Source: an uncultured Pseudomonadota bacterium (GTDB lineage Bacteria > Pseudomonadota > Alphaproteobacteria > Rs-D84). From it: a stretch of DNA of 64,000 bases. Positions 55,201-63,432 of the stretch are shown one piece after another (the stretch's first letter is position 1; every line of letters starts with the position of its first letter). The notes below the pieces were generated by a model. The model saw nothing but the letters and a program-made list of their open reading frames with translations, was not told the DNA's origin and did not search any database. The stretch lies in contig CADBLE010000006.1 of assembly GCA_902795435.1 (NCBI GenBank), positions 45,611 to 109,610 of the forward strand, in the 5' to 3' direction. Made by a program: the position numbers and the translations under genes.

Positions 55201-55373
55201 GTATGCGCAGTGTCCGTAAAACAACACCATCATTAAATGTAAAAATTGGAAACGCAGTATATTATGGCGACATGACATTGGTTCCAACAAATATAAATGC
55301 GAACACAACCAAAAAATTACGTGTAAAATATGGTAATGTTGAACAATATGTTCATGACACTACAATAGATTAA
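52293..55373 (+). CDS. Large secreted Cys-rich repeat protein, paralog 4, with Listeria-Bacteroides-type repeats
   Basis: GTG start after AGGGAG. Signal peptide. Six-Cys modules (CDAGSYLPAGATTCQTCDGTNNYCEGG..., CEAGEYLPATKTICEKC...). Two Flg_new-like repeats (CEKSGYDFGGWRDEFGNEYSAGDSFTWNYETDVRFTAIW; CEKTGNNFLGWVYNDDDLYEAGETFTYNYNSGITLVPLW). The C-terminus differs from paralogs 1-3. Confidence 0.8.
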   Translation: MKNIYNIILKTIGFSAFCLLFNTNSFAAYSDAECFGGTDGVPFPTANLTIVDSSSEVAYGSTVLNAETLLYNNPKQTSAVLHEDGIIKCTGTTNCTLKDYKSSGMDENAYTSELIQWIDGMSWSVNFQGKGTVSGYAFCGPSGWSTDKQIKTGKVGGTYSGCGCTITDFSDENTTVAQHTFVVNKYTQSSGDWQQKTNDCRSKCPALCANRIATDSAFRQILFQECPVFETGGGTGGEDTPTQIHCDAGSYLPAGATTCQTCDGTNNYCEGGDFYQDNTQNQGIAECPFGFEPNNSHSACSPLSIICEAGEYLPATKTICEKCKDNYYCEEDIFNYSTTENQGLKTCEFGYEPNSGHTACQLKSIHCGNGYYLPKNSLTCTACIGFEYCPENTYNFSASDEQGKNICGAGTVPNENHSACIEKTIVCPAGKYLPNNSHDEYDCQWCPDPYEAGDYYYCPGGEYDANYPSNNGMNLCPEYSYSEEESSYCTCNEGYTTDGKTANASNKTTTTTACVPEGSAVYNASYYCDTDTESLGSATISVGSLFTLISNIDFDNHVLCEKSGYDFGGWRDEFGNEYSAGDSFTWNYETDVRFTAIWNQKPVYTVSYSCGSDATGGYAPDSDDVVSGDQYTTRANTCEKTGNNFLGWVYNDDDLYEAGETFTYNYNSGITLVPLWEEITITCQPGFWATGNATTCDSECLQGYYCGGETYKFDGQTHGLTKCDSNLPSWASAHVYSEFGATSENDCRISVAMGVYADEDGLHQCEEMFYCPGFSGSVVEFNSALNNSGFVGLADCSDAPNYKDWGWTHGITSAQGSTSVNDCKIIIAPATYMDTEGVLHQCPADHFCPGHTYEYIDADTFFVDLVSLGAGIYECPVNATSDSGSTSCHCADGYMLNTDTGMCTAECGAGFYLPTNANACIEVGAGYYSPNGDSERYKCPDYLTTTGSGIGADEYSDCGRTLHIGNETLRMRSVRKTTPSLNVKIGNAVYYGDMTLVPTNINANTTKKLRVKYGNVEQYVHDTTID

Positions 55374-55567
55374 AATGAATATCAGCCCAGGAAAACATAC
55401 CACCCAAATAGGTATATAAACAATTTGGTTTCCTGGGCTGTTTTTTGGCATAATACAAACATGGATTCGGGTATATCTTTGTCAACAAATTTTGTTTTCC
55501 AATTCAAGAAACGATTAAATACCCGAATTCATAAATTTATAAAAAAACAAAAAAACGCAATTTTTTC

Positions 55568-55596
55568 TTGATTTTATTTTTTTATTATGTCATAAT
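55568..55596 (+). promoter_or_regulatory. Sigma70-like promoter for tRNA-Lys (TTGATT, 17 nt, CATAAT)
   Basis: TTGATT at 55568-55573 and CATAAT at 55591-55596. Confidence 0.4.
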
Positions 55597-55623
55597 TCCC
55601 GTCAGCGACACACAGAACGCTAT

Positions 55624-55699
55624 GGAGGCATAGCTCAGTTGGTAGAGCAAATGACTTTTAATCATTGGGTCCAGGGTTCGAGTCCCTGTGCCTCCACCA
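55624..55699 (+). tRNA. tRNA-Lys (anticodon TTT), CCA encoded
   Basis: Acceptor GGAGGCA/TGCCTCC, D-arm GCTC/GAGC, anticodon stem-loop AATGA-CTTTTAA-TCATT, T-arm CAGGG-TTCGAGT-CCCTG, then A + CCA. Confidence 0.93.
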
Positions 55700-55710
55700 A
55701 AAAGATTTAA

Positions 55711-55732
55711 CGACCAGATTGGTCGTTTTTTT
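55711..55732 (+). terminator. Rho-independent terminator after tRNA-Lys
   Basis: CGACCA / TGGTCG stem, 3-nt loop, T7 run. Confidence 0.7.
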
Positions 55733-55742
55733 ATTGCACATG

Positions 55743-55831
55743 GGACGAGAACCCGTTCGAAAATAAGTAGATTTTGCAAACGCAGTGCAGCGAAATCGTC
55801 ACGTTTTGCACGCAGGGCTTTGCCCGAGTGA
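55743..55831 (+). repeat. tRNA-associated conserved element (single unit), homologous to 881-979
   Basis: GGACGAGAA...GTTCGA leader plus the 67-nt core at 55765-55831, which is 62/67 identical by eye to 913-979 and includes the GGGC-TTT-GCCC hairpin. Confidence 0.8.
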
Positions 55832-55885
55832 GTCCCTGTGCCTCCACCAGAAAAATAAAAATGCGACCTTTTGGTCGTTTTTTTT
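55832..55885 (+). repeat. Duplicated tRNA-Lys 3-prime end (copy of 55682-55699) plus diverged second terminator
   Basis: GTCCCTGTGCCTCCACCA is repeated exactly. It is followed by a CGACC-TTTT-GGTCG hairpin plus T-run (55864-55885), a diverged copy of the first terminator. Confidence 0.85.
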
Positions 55886-55901
55886 ATTTTCGCACATGCC
55901 C

Positions 55902-56603
55902 CTATTTCTCTTTTCTTTTCATTTTCATACGGGTTGTATATCCGGTGGCAGAAAACCAATCGTCTATCATTGACAATGTTGTTTCAATATATCGTGCGAT
56001 TTCGCGTTTGGAATTATGATATTTACATTCGTTTAATATTTGATTTATCTCTTGTGTTATGAAAGACAATATTTGTGTATGTTGGGAATCCAAGACATCT
56101 ATTTTGTCTGATTTATACAGTAATTCTTCCAATTCGTTTAATTCACGACGAATTGACCGCAGATATTTTCGTTCTGGGTTTAATTTTCTGAAATTCAGAT
56201 TCAAATCTTGCATTGGGATTTCTATGCGTGGCAACCCTATCATATTTTTCATTTGTGATAAAATTTTCAACAAATGACCATCTATGGTATTTATCAGATT
56301 ATTGTGTATATGTTTATGAACGCGTCGTGTGATTAAAAAATTAGAATAATCATAAAACAAAAACACCAACGGTATTGCCAACAAAGATGCGGCTACATTA
56401 TCCATTAAATCTATCCAGCCCGGATCATGCAAATATTGTTGTGAAAAATCAAAAACAATCACCCCGCCCGCAATAGACAGTACATACGGAATCATTTTCA
56501 GAAGAACAGTTGCAAAATTCATATAAAAAATTATACATAAAAATCCAAACTTTAACACAGGAAACAAAACCCAGAAAAGATTCCCCTGATTCTTGAAAAG
56601 CAC
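55902..56603 (-). CDS. Hypothetical membrane protein
   Basis: The N-terminal half has 3-4 hydrophobic helices. Start uncertain: GTG at 56603 or ATG at 56522. Confidence 0.5.
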   Translation of the reverse strand: MLFKNQGNLFWVLFPVLKFGFLCIIFYMNFATVLLKMIPYVLSIAGGVIVFDFSQQYLHDPGWIDLMDNVAASLLAIPLVFLFYDYSNFLITRRVHKHIHNNLINTIDGHLLKILSQMKNMIGLPRIEIPMQDLNLNFRKLNPERKYLRSIRRELNELEELLYKSDKIDVLDSQHTQILSFITQEINQILNECKYHNSKREIARYIETTLSMIDDWFSATGYTTRMKMKRKEK

Positions 56604-56658
56604 CTAGAAAAATGATATAATATGCACATAGGAATTGGTAAAGCCAAAAGGTTTTGTT

Positions 56659-59289
56659 ATGTCTTTAGAGGACTTTCTTAAAAAATATTATCGGCAGTTG
56701 CATTTTAACTCTATGGAACCAGAGGTTATGGCGCGTCTGCAAGAACTTATCAAGAAAGGTAATCTTACAGACAAAATGCAATTGTGGGTTTCTAAATATA
56801 TGCATCGTAATGCGGCCGGCAAATACGAACTGAACGCATTACCAGATACAACATCCACAAACGATTTACCAGATGATGTCGCGAGAGATTTATTCCAGGC
56901 ATGCCACCAGGCATTTGTTGGAATGGCGGGTGCCCGTGCAACATTTGCAGATTCTAATCCTCAGGCACGCGATTTCTTGGACAAATATTTCGGCCAAGGA
57001 AAAATGTTCAATGTTTCCAAGGCGACAGACGCCTGTAGAAACGGTATCATTGCCATAACAAATTTAATCAAAACAGACCATTATGTTAAACGTTGGTTAT
57101 TGACACAAACATATACCAACGAAAAAGGCGAACAAAAAAAACTGTTTGATAACGAAGAAAAACTGAACGATTTTCTTGCCAAATGCGACCGCGAAGAATA
57201 TAACACCAAAGGTAATGTTCAAGATAAAGTAAAGAAAGTTGCTGAAGCATTTGAAAGAGCAACCTATCAAGATTTATCAAACACCAGATTGGCCGCTATC
57301 ACCGGCATAACAGACCATATCAGTAATGTAACAGATTCTGGTGCATTTGCTCTGGACCAAACCAGCATTAATGCTCAATTACAGGCATTCAGGAATAACA
57401 TAAACGAAGACCAAGGTATTCTGCAGGTTCTTTATAAAAATAAAAACATTCGTTCACAATTTGCCAAACACGACAATGGTACAATAACCAGCATCATAGA
57501 AGGCAAAGCAATAGACGAAATTAATTATCAGAAAAAAGATTCTCCAGATTATATTGACCCAAAAGTAAATGATGTATTAACACCATTACAACAACTTGAA
57601 AAATGGGCGGGCGATACATATAGCGACACCTTGAAAAAATACGAAGAATTGCGCGGTGGGCATTTATTCTTTAAGGCAGAATCACAAGATATCTGCAAAG
57701 CAATAGATAAAGTCAGCGATAAAGCAAAAAATCCTGAAGATAAAATAACACCTGCAAACGGGTTGTTAAAATTACTTGAAAAATCCGAAGATGTTAAAAA
57801 GAAATTGGGGGCAAACCCGGTTGCAAGACAACATTTTGAATGGTTCGTTGAAACAATGAACGATGTAAAAGATAAAATTCCAAAAGCAATTGATGGTTGT
57901 TGGAAAAACGCAGAACAAATGAAGTGCGTTATTGAACAAATTATATTAAAGGCAACTGACCCTCAAAATTCTGACCCACATGCGATGGAAAAAGCAAAAA
58001 CCGCGATGGAAATCATGACCGTTATGAAATACGGTATGTTGACCAGCAAAGTTATGGACGCCATGCGCCGAGAAGAATTCAGTATGTTTTCCGATGGTAA
58101 ATTGTCATGGAATAAAAACGAAGGAATTCAATTCGTTACCAAGGCATTTGATAAATCTGTAAAAGCGGCATTTTTAGGGGTTGGATACGGCGTAACATTT
58201 GTTCGCAACAAAATTATGATGAGTGGTATGGAATTCACAAACCAAAACAATCGAAATGGCGCGTTGGGAAACAGAATGAACCAAGAACACCAAAGAATAG
58301 CCAGCGAACGAAATCTGGCCACTAATGAATTGAACTCTGCATTGGCAAACCGAACAAACGTACAAAATAATTTAAACGCATTAAATCAAGCGGGGGTTAA
58401 TGAACAAACTGTTAACGGTCAAGGCGGACTTAGGGAACAAAAAGAACAAATAGAACAAGTATTAAATCAACACGCACAAGCACGCGATAACGCTGCAACC
58501 CAAATGGAAGAAGCCGAAAGAAGACGTAACGAAGCACAAGGAATAATGGATACAAATCAACAGGCACATCAAAGAGGTCAAGAATTAGATGATATCTTGC
58601 ACGACAGGGACATTGATGCAAACGTTCAAAATTTGCAGAACCAAATGCAAACAATCACAGACCAAATAAATGAAATAAACAATAAATTAAATGCAAACCC
58701 ATTACTTGATGAACAAGGAAACCCTATTACCGACAACCGCGCGGCGGCCGCATATAAAAGACAACTATATGATACATTGGGGAATTTGTATAACCAAAAC
58801 AGACAATTGACCGCACAAATAAATGCAGAAAATGCAAGACGTGGCGACCAAGCAAGACATAATCAAGCAACCGCGGAATTGGCCACTATTCAAGATCAGA
58901 TAAACGCTTATAATAATGCACAAACTGCTTATAATGCTGCTGATGCTGACTACACTGCGGCCGAAAACGATTATAACAATGCCGACAATGCATACAATAA
59001 TTATGCCCAGGCACACAATTATGGCGACATATCAGACAAAGTAAATCGTTTTAATGACGCGACAAGCAATTTAACAGAAATCAACGACACGATTGATAAA
59101 AAACAACGTCTTTTGCAAGAAATGACACCAGAACAACAAAACAAGGTTGTTCAATTAGAAAACTTTTGGAACCTTTTGCAAAGTGGTCGCGCAACCACAT
59201 GGCGTTTATTTACAAGTCGTGCCCAGGCACAATTTAACCCAAACCAAGTTTATCAAAACTATGTCAACGACTATGGATTAGCGGCTTGA
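56659..59289 (+). CDS. Large hypothetical protein with Q/N/A-rich coiled-coil C-terminal third
   Basis: The ATG at 56659 is preceded by AAAGG (the track start at 56635 is TTG). The C-terminal 300 aa or so are low-complexity (NQ...AQ...NN repeats). Confidence 0.65.
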   Translation: MSLEDFLKKYYRQLHFNSMEPEVMARLQELIKKGNLTDKMQLWVSKYMHRNAAGKYELNALPDTTSTNDLPDDVARDLFQACHQAFVGMAGARATFADSNPQARDFLDKYFGQGKMFNVSKATDACRNGIIAITNLIKTDHYVKRWLLTQTYTNEKGEQKKLFDNEEKLNDFLAKCDREEYNTKGNVQDKVKKVAEAFERATYQDLSNTRLAAITGITDHISNVTDSGAFALDQTSINAQLQAFRNNINEDQGILQVLYKNKNIRSQFAKHDNGTITSIIEGKAIDEINYQKKDSPDYIDPKVNDVLTPLQQLEKWAGDTYSDTLKKYEELRGGHLFFKAESQDICKAIDKVSDKAKNPEDKITPANGLLKLLEKSEDVKKKLGANPVARQHFEWFVETMNDVKDKIPKAIDGCWKNAEQMKCVIEQIILKATDPQNSDPHAMEKAKTAMEIMTVMKYGMLTSKVMDAMRREEFSMFSDGKLSWNKNEGIQFVTKAFDKSVKAAFLGVGYGVTFVRNKIMMSGMEFTNQNNRNGALGNRMNQEHQRIASERNLATNELNSALANRTNVQNNLNALNQAGVNEQTVNGQGGLREQKEQIEQVLNQHAQARDNAATQMEEAERRRNEAQGIMDTNQQAHQRGQELDDILHDRDIDANVQNLQNQMQTITDQINEINNKLNANPLLDEQGNPITDNRAAAAYKRQLYDTLGNLYNQNRQLTAQINAENARRGDQARHNQATAELATIQDQINAYNNAQTAYNAADADYTAAENDYNNADNAYNNYAQAHNYGDISDKVNRFNDATSNLTEINDTIDKKQRLLQEMTPEQQNKVVQLENFWNLLQSGRATTWRLFTSRAQAQFNPNQVYQNYVNDYGLAA

Positions 59290-59386
59290 TTTTTATGCTA
59301 TTTTGTGATATAATATAAACCAATCTGACGGGGAAATTCCTCGTCTTTTTTATTTCCCATTTATTTAACAAAAAAAAGGATTTATT

Positions 59387-59953
59387 ATGACAAGAATTTT
59401 ACAAATTCGCAGGGGCACATCTGCACAAAACGATAATTTCACAGGATTGTCTGGCGAAATAACTTTTGATACAACAAATAAAACTGTGCGTGTGCATGAT
59501 GGCGAAACATTGGGCGGTTTTACACTCGCAAAATTTAGTGATGTTGAAAATGTTGTGTTTGATATAAATGATGTTTCGCCTGTATTCTGGACAGAATTAT
59601 TTGACACATACCAAAAAACATCTATCCAAAAATATGAAACCCAACCACAAACAATTTCATCTGAATCTGTATTCACAGATATAACGACCACTTTTGATAC
59701 AATTCCGTGTGTTTGTAATGCCGTTTTGGTGTGCATAACCCCAGATTGTGGATACAGCATAAATGACGAAGTAACCGCATTTGGAATTGGTATTTTTGAC
59801 ACACCGAAAATCAACACTTATATCAAAAATAATTTGATGCACATTCGCATGTTCACAGCGGGACAACCATTTTGGGTATGCAACAAAGACACAGGCGAAA
59901 AAACCAATATAACCCCAGAAAACTGGAAATTAAAATTTATAGTTTGTTATTGA
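59387..59953 (+). CDS. Protein with phage tail-fibre-type N-terminal motif (Mtd_N-like)
   Basis: MTRILQIRRGTSAQNDNFTGLSGEITFDTTNKTVRVHDGETLGG matches the LQLRRGT...GE...DT....R.GDG.T.GG motif found at the N-terminus of phage tropism determinants and tail fibres. Confidence 0.55.
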   Translation: MTRILQIRRGTSAQNDNFTGLSGEITFDTTNKTVRVHDGETLGGFTLAKFSDVENVVFDINDVSPVFWTELFDTYQKTSIQKYETQPQTISSESVFTDITTTFDTIPCVCNAVLVCITPDCGYSINDEVTAFGIGIFDTPKINTYIKNNLMHIRMFTAGQPFWVCNKDTGEKTNITPENWKLKFIVCY

Positions 59954-60019
59954 AACCTGTAAAATGATTTGCTATTCTTCGCATTGTAAAAAGAAATAAT
60001 CATAAAAAAAGGATAACAA

Positions 60020-61276
60020 ATGTCTTATGTACTCGCTTTGAATTGTGGGTCATCTTCCCTTAAATATCAGGTATTTGATGCAGATTCTTTGAAACCTGTT
60101 ATCAGTGGTAATGTTGAAAAAATCGGTATTGCTGATTCTTTCGTAACACAAAAATATCCTGATGGAACAAAGCAAAAGAAAGAAACAGAAATGAAAGACC
60201 ACAAAGAAGCATTAAATGTGGTTATGTTCATGTTACGCGAAGCATCTATTGACATGAATGAAATCGTTGCTGTTGGTCACCGTGTTGTTATGGGTGGTGA
60301 TAAATTCGCATCTTCTGTTAAAATAACTGACGAAGTTATCAAAACATTGCAAGAATTGTCCCCATTGGCACCTCTGCACAACCCAAGCGGTATCTTAGGC
60401 ATTGTCACAGCACAACAATTATTCCCAAATGCAACACACGTTGCTGTATTTGATACTGCGTTTCACCAAACAATGAAACCAGTTGCATATCGTTATCCTG
60501 TTCCAGAAGAATGGTACAAAGAATTGGGTGTTCGCAGATACGGTTTCCATGGAACATCTCATTTGTATGTTTCTAAACGCGCCGCAGCAATGTTGGGCAA
60601 ACCAGCCAGCGAATGCAATTTAATCACAGCACACATTGGTTCGGGTGCGTCTATTACGGCAATACGTAACGGTGTTTCCGTAGATACATCTATGGGTATG
60701 ACACCAACCGCAGGCTTGGTAATGGGCACACGTTCTGGTGATATTGACCCATCTATCCCATCTTATGTTGCATCACGCAAAGGTATTTCTATTGAATTGG
60801 TTCAAAACGAATTGAACAAAAAATCAGGTCTGATGGGTATTACAAAATGTTTCTCTGACAGACGCGACATAGAAGAAAACAAAGATGCAAACAATGACTG
60901 TATGCTGGCCATTGAAATGGAAGCACACAATGTTAAAAAATACATTGGTTCATATATGGCAGAATTGGGTCATGTAGATGCACTTGTATTCACCGCAGGC
61001 GTTGGTGAAAACGACGATTATTTGCGTGAAAAATTCTGTGAAGGTTTGGAAGAATTGGGTCTTAAATTGGACAAAGAAGCAAACAAAACTGCCCTGGCCC
61101 GCAAAGGTGTTGACGAAGCAGTTATCAGCACACCTGATTCCAAGGTTAAAATCTTTATGGTTGCTACAAACGAAGAATTGGTTATCGTAGAAGATACACT
61201 TGCAATTATGAACGGAACTTATAATCCAGACCATTTGAAAATGGCTTATTCATTTGCAGGTCAAAAAACAAGATAA
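60020..61276 (+). CDS. ackA: Acetate kinase
   Basis: VLALNCGSSSLKYQVF, GHRVVMGG, FDTAFHQTM, RYGFHGTSH, TAHIGSGASI, FTAGVGEN. Confidence 0.93.
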   Translation: MSYVLALNCGSSSLKYQVFDADSLKPVISGNVEKIGIADSFVTQKYPDGTKQKKETEMKDHKEALNVVMFMLREASIDMNEIVAVGHRVVMGGDKFASSVKITDEVIKTLQELSPLAPLHNPSGILGIVTAQQLFPNATHVAVFDTAFHQTMKPVAYRYPVPEEWYKELGVRRYGFHGTSHLYVSKRAAAMLGKPASECNLITAHIGSGASITAIRNGVSVDTSMGMTPTAGLVMGTRSGDIDPSIPSYVASRKGISIELVQNELNKKSGLMGITKCFSDRRDIEENKDANNDCMLAIEMEAHNVKKYIGSYMAELGHVDALVFTAGVGENDDYLREKFCEGLEELGLKLDKEANKTALARKGVDEAVISTPDSKVKIFMVATNEELVIVEDTLAIMNGTYNPDHLKMAYSFAGQKTR

Positions 61277-61302
61277 TCAACAGATTATAAAAAAAATAAA
61301 AT

Positions 61303-61328
61303 CGGTGGGATTTCCCACCGGTTTTTTT
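61303..61328 (+). terminator. Rho-independent terminator after ackA
   Basis: CGGTGGGA / TCCCACCG stem, 2-nt loop, G + T7. Confidence 0.75.
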
Positions 61329-61365
61329 ATTGGCTAAAATCAAAAATATTTGCTAAGTTTATAAT

Positions 61366-63432
61366 ATGGACAAAGAATTATTTGATTTTTTGTATACAGA
61401 TTTGCAATTTATCCACGGTGTTGGGCCGGTTTTGGCGTCTAAATTTAATGATTTTTTGGGCAACCGCAGGGTTCTTGATTTCTTGTTGCATATACCGTCT
61501 TATGTTCGCCCACGTGAAATTCTTGATTCTGTGGTTGGTGCGCAAAACGGTGATACAATTACAATTTCTTTGATGGTAAAATCTCACAAGAAAGGTGGCG
61601 CATTTCGTGGTCGCAGACGTCCAACACAAATATTATGCAACGACAGATTTGGTGCGCCGGTTGTTATTCAATTTTTCAATGTAAAATTTCTTGATTATTG
61701 GACTGAAAAATTACCAATTGGTCAATGGCGAATTGTCAGCGGTAAATTAGATGTAACAAATCGTGGTGCAACAATAAATCACCCTGAATTTATAGAATTA
61801 CCTGAAAATGCGGAAAAGATTCCTACACATCAGGCTATTTATCCATCTGGTATGGGATTGACCCAGAAAACTTTTGCAAATGTTCGCGACCAGATATTTA
61901 ATATTTTGCATGACAAAATCGCAAAAAACAGTTTCAGCGAAAATATGTTGGAATTTATGGACGCATTGGAACATGTGCATTATCCACAAACAAATGATGA
62001 TTTGGCACCAAATGGAACTTATATTTCTAAATTGGCATATTGCGAATTATTGGCTCACCAGAGCGCGATTGCTATCAACCGCCGTAATCGTCAAGAAAAA
62101 AAGAATATTCGTCCTGTGCGTGCAAAAAAATACGATTTAATGGATAAATTTTACAGCATATTGCCATTTCAATTAACAAACGCGCAACAACGAACAATAG
62201 ACGACATTTTCAATGATTTCCAAAAACCAACACCTATGATGCGTCTGGTCCAGGGTGATGTTGGTTCTGGTAAAACAATGGTTGCAATGGCGGCGGCTGT
62301 TAAAATGGCTGAAATGGGTGCACAATCTGTGTTATTGGCACCAACCGACACATTGGCACAACAGCATTTTGCAAAATTGTCTGTTATGTGTGAAAAACTG
62401 GGTATATATTGTGATGTTTTAACCGGTCGGGACAAAGGTGTTGCCAGACGCGAAAAATTGACTTCATTAAAATCTGGTCGCACAAAATTTGCCATTGGAA
62501 CACACGCTCTATTTTCAGAAGATGTAGAATACAAAGATTTGGGTTTGGTTATCATTGACGAACAACACCGTTTTGGTGTTGCACAACGAACCGCCATGCG
62601 TGCAAAAGGAAACAATCCAGATATGTTGGCATTGTCTGCAACCCCTATTCCACGAACTTTGTCTATGACGGTTTATGGCGATATGGATGTTTCAATTATA
62701 AACGAAAAACCGGCGGGTCGAATTCCAATTAAAACAACAAAATTACCGATTGCACGTGCGAATACTTTGATAGAACGCATTGTACCCCAGGTTAAAAGCG
62801 GCGCAAAAATATTCTGGGTTTGTCCGTTGGTTGAACAATCTGAAATCAGCGATATGACCGCGGCCCAAGAAAGATTTGATGAATTGAAAAAATATTTTCC
62901 AGGCACGGGTTTATGCCATGGTCAAATGGATAAAAAAGAACGCGACAAAGTTATGTCTGAATTCGCAGACCCAAATTCTAAAATGCGTGTATTGGTTTCA
63001 ACCACGGTGATAGAGGTTGGAATTGATGTCCCGTCTGCGACAATTATGGTTATTGAAAATGCGGAAAGATTTGGTCTGGCGGCATTGCACCAATTACGTG
63101 GTCGTGTTGGTCGTGGAAATTTACAATCATTTTGTGTATTGGTTTATGGCAACAATATTTCCCCAGACGGCATAAAAAGATTAGATGTGTTATGCGAAAC
63201 CGAAGACGGATTTGTAATCGCAGAACAAGATTTAATGATGCGTGGTGTTGGCGAATTATTGGGAACTAAACAAAGTGGTTGGATTCAATATCATTTTGTA
63301 GATTATCGCGAACACAGGGATTTATTCAAATTGGCACAATCTGCCGCTATGAATAATAATAGCGAAAATGAATCTGTGTGGTCTGCCAAATTGCGCAAGA
63401 TTTTTGATTGTTCAACAACTGTGGGTGCATAA
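61366..63432 (+). CDS. recG: ATP-dependent DNA helicase RecG
   Basis: Wedge-domain N-terminus. LVQGDVGSGKT (motif I), VIIDEQHRFGV (DEQH), LSATPIPRT, HQLRGRVGRG (motif VI). Confidence 0.92.
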   Translation: MDKELFDFLYTDLQFIHGVGPVLASKFNDFLGNRRVLDFLLHIPSYVRPREILDSVVGAQNGDTITISLMVKSHKKGGAFRGRRRPTQILCNDRFGAPVVIQFFNVKFLDYWTEKLPIGQWRIVSGKLDVTNRGATINHPEFIELPENAEKIPTHQAIYPSGMGLTQKTFANVRDQIFNILHDKIAKNSFSENMLEFMDALEHVHYPQTNDDLAPNGTYISKLAYCELLAHQSAIAINRRNRQEKKNIRPVRAKKYDLMDKFYSILPFQLTNAQQRTIDDIFNDFQKPTPMMRLVQGDVGSGKTMVAMAAAVKMAEMGAQSVLLAPTDTLAQQHFAKLSVMCEKLGIYCDVLTGRDKGVARREKLTSLKSGRTKFAIGTHALFSEDVEYKDLGLVIIDEQHRFGVAQRTAMRAKGNNPDMLALSATPIPRTLSMTVYGDMDVSIINEKPAGRIPIKTTKLPIARANTLIERIVPQVKSGAKIFWVCPLVEQSEISDMTAAQERFDELKKYFPGTGLCHGQMDKKERDKVMSEFADPNSKMRVLVSTTVIEVGIDVPSATIMVIENAERFGLAALHQLRGRVGRGNLQSFCVLVYGNNISPDGIKRLDVLCETEDGFVIAEQDLMMRGVGELLGTKQSGWIQYHFVDYREHRDLFKLAQSAAMNNNSENESVWSAKLRKIFDCSTTVGA

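Noticed and set aside
52897-55308. Multiple antisense or off-frame ORFs of 62-179 aa inside the 1026-aa Cys-rich gene (for example 53383..53820 and 54769..55308). Similar ones lie inside 2196-6212 (for example 5530..5886, 3151..3528, 2410..2742).
   Set aside because: The sense frame has a signal peptide and a regular Cys-module periodicity. The alternative frames give His/Leu/Asn-rich low-complexity products without starts or SDs. They are artefacts of the repetitive codon composition.
55585-56062. Track ORFs 55585..55959(-), 55774..56019, 55785..55973 and 55871..56062
   Set aside because: They run through tRNA-Lys, two terminators and the repeat element, or through the 3-prime end of the membrane-protein gene on the wrong strand. 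Judged spurious.
59365-59866. Minus-strand ORFs 59365..59817 and 59657..59866, overlapping the Mtd_N-like gene
   Set aside because: The plus-strand frame has a good SD (AAAGGA) and a recognisable conserved N-terminal motif. The antisense ORFs have neither.
59387-61276. Prophage around the tail-fibre-like gene
   Set aside because: There are no capsid, terminase, integrase or lysis genes nearby, and the neighbours are ackA and an orphan protein. A single motif-bearing gene does not support calling a prophage.
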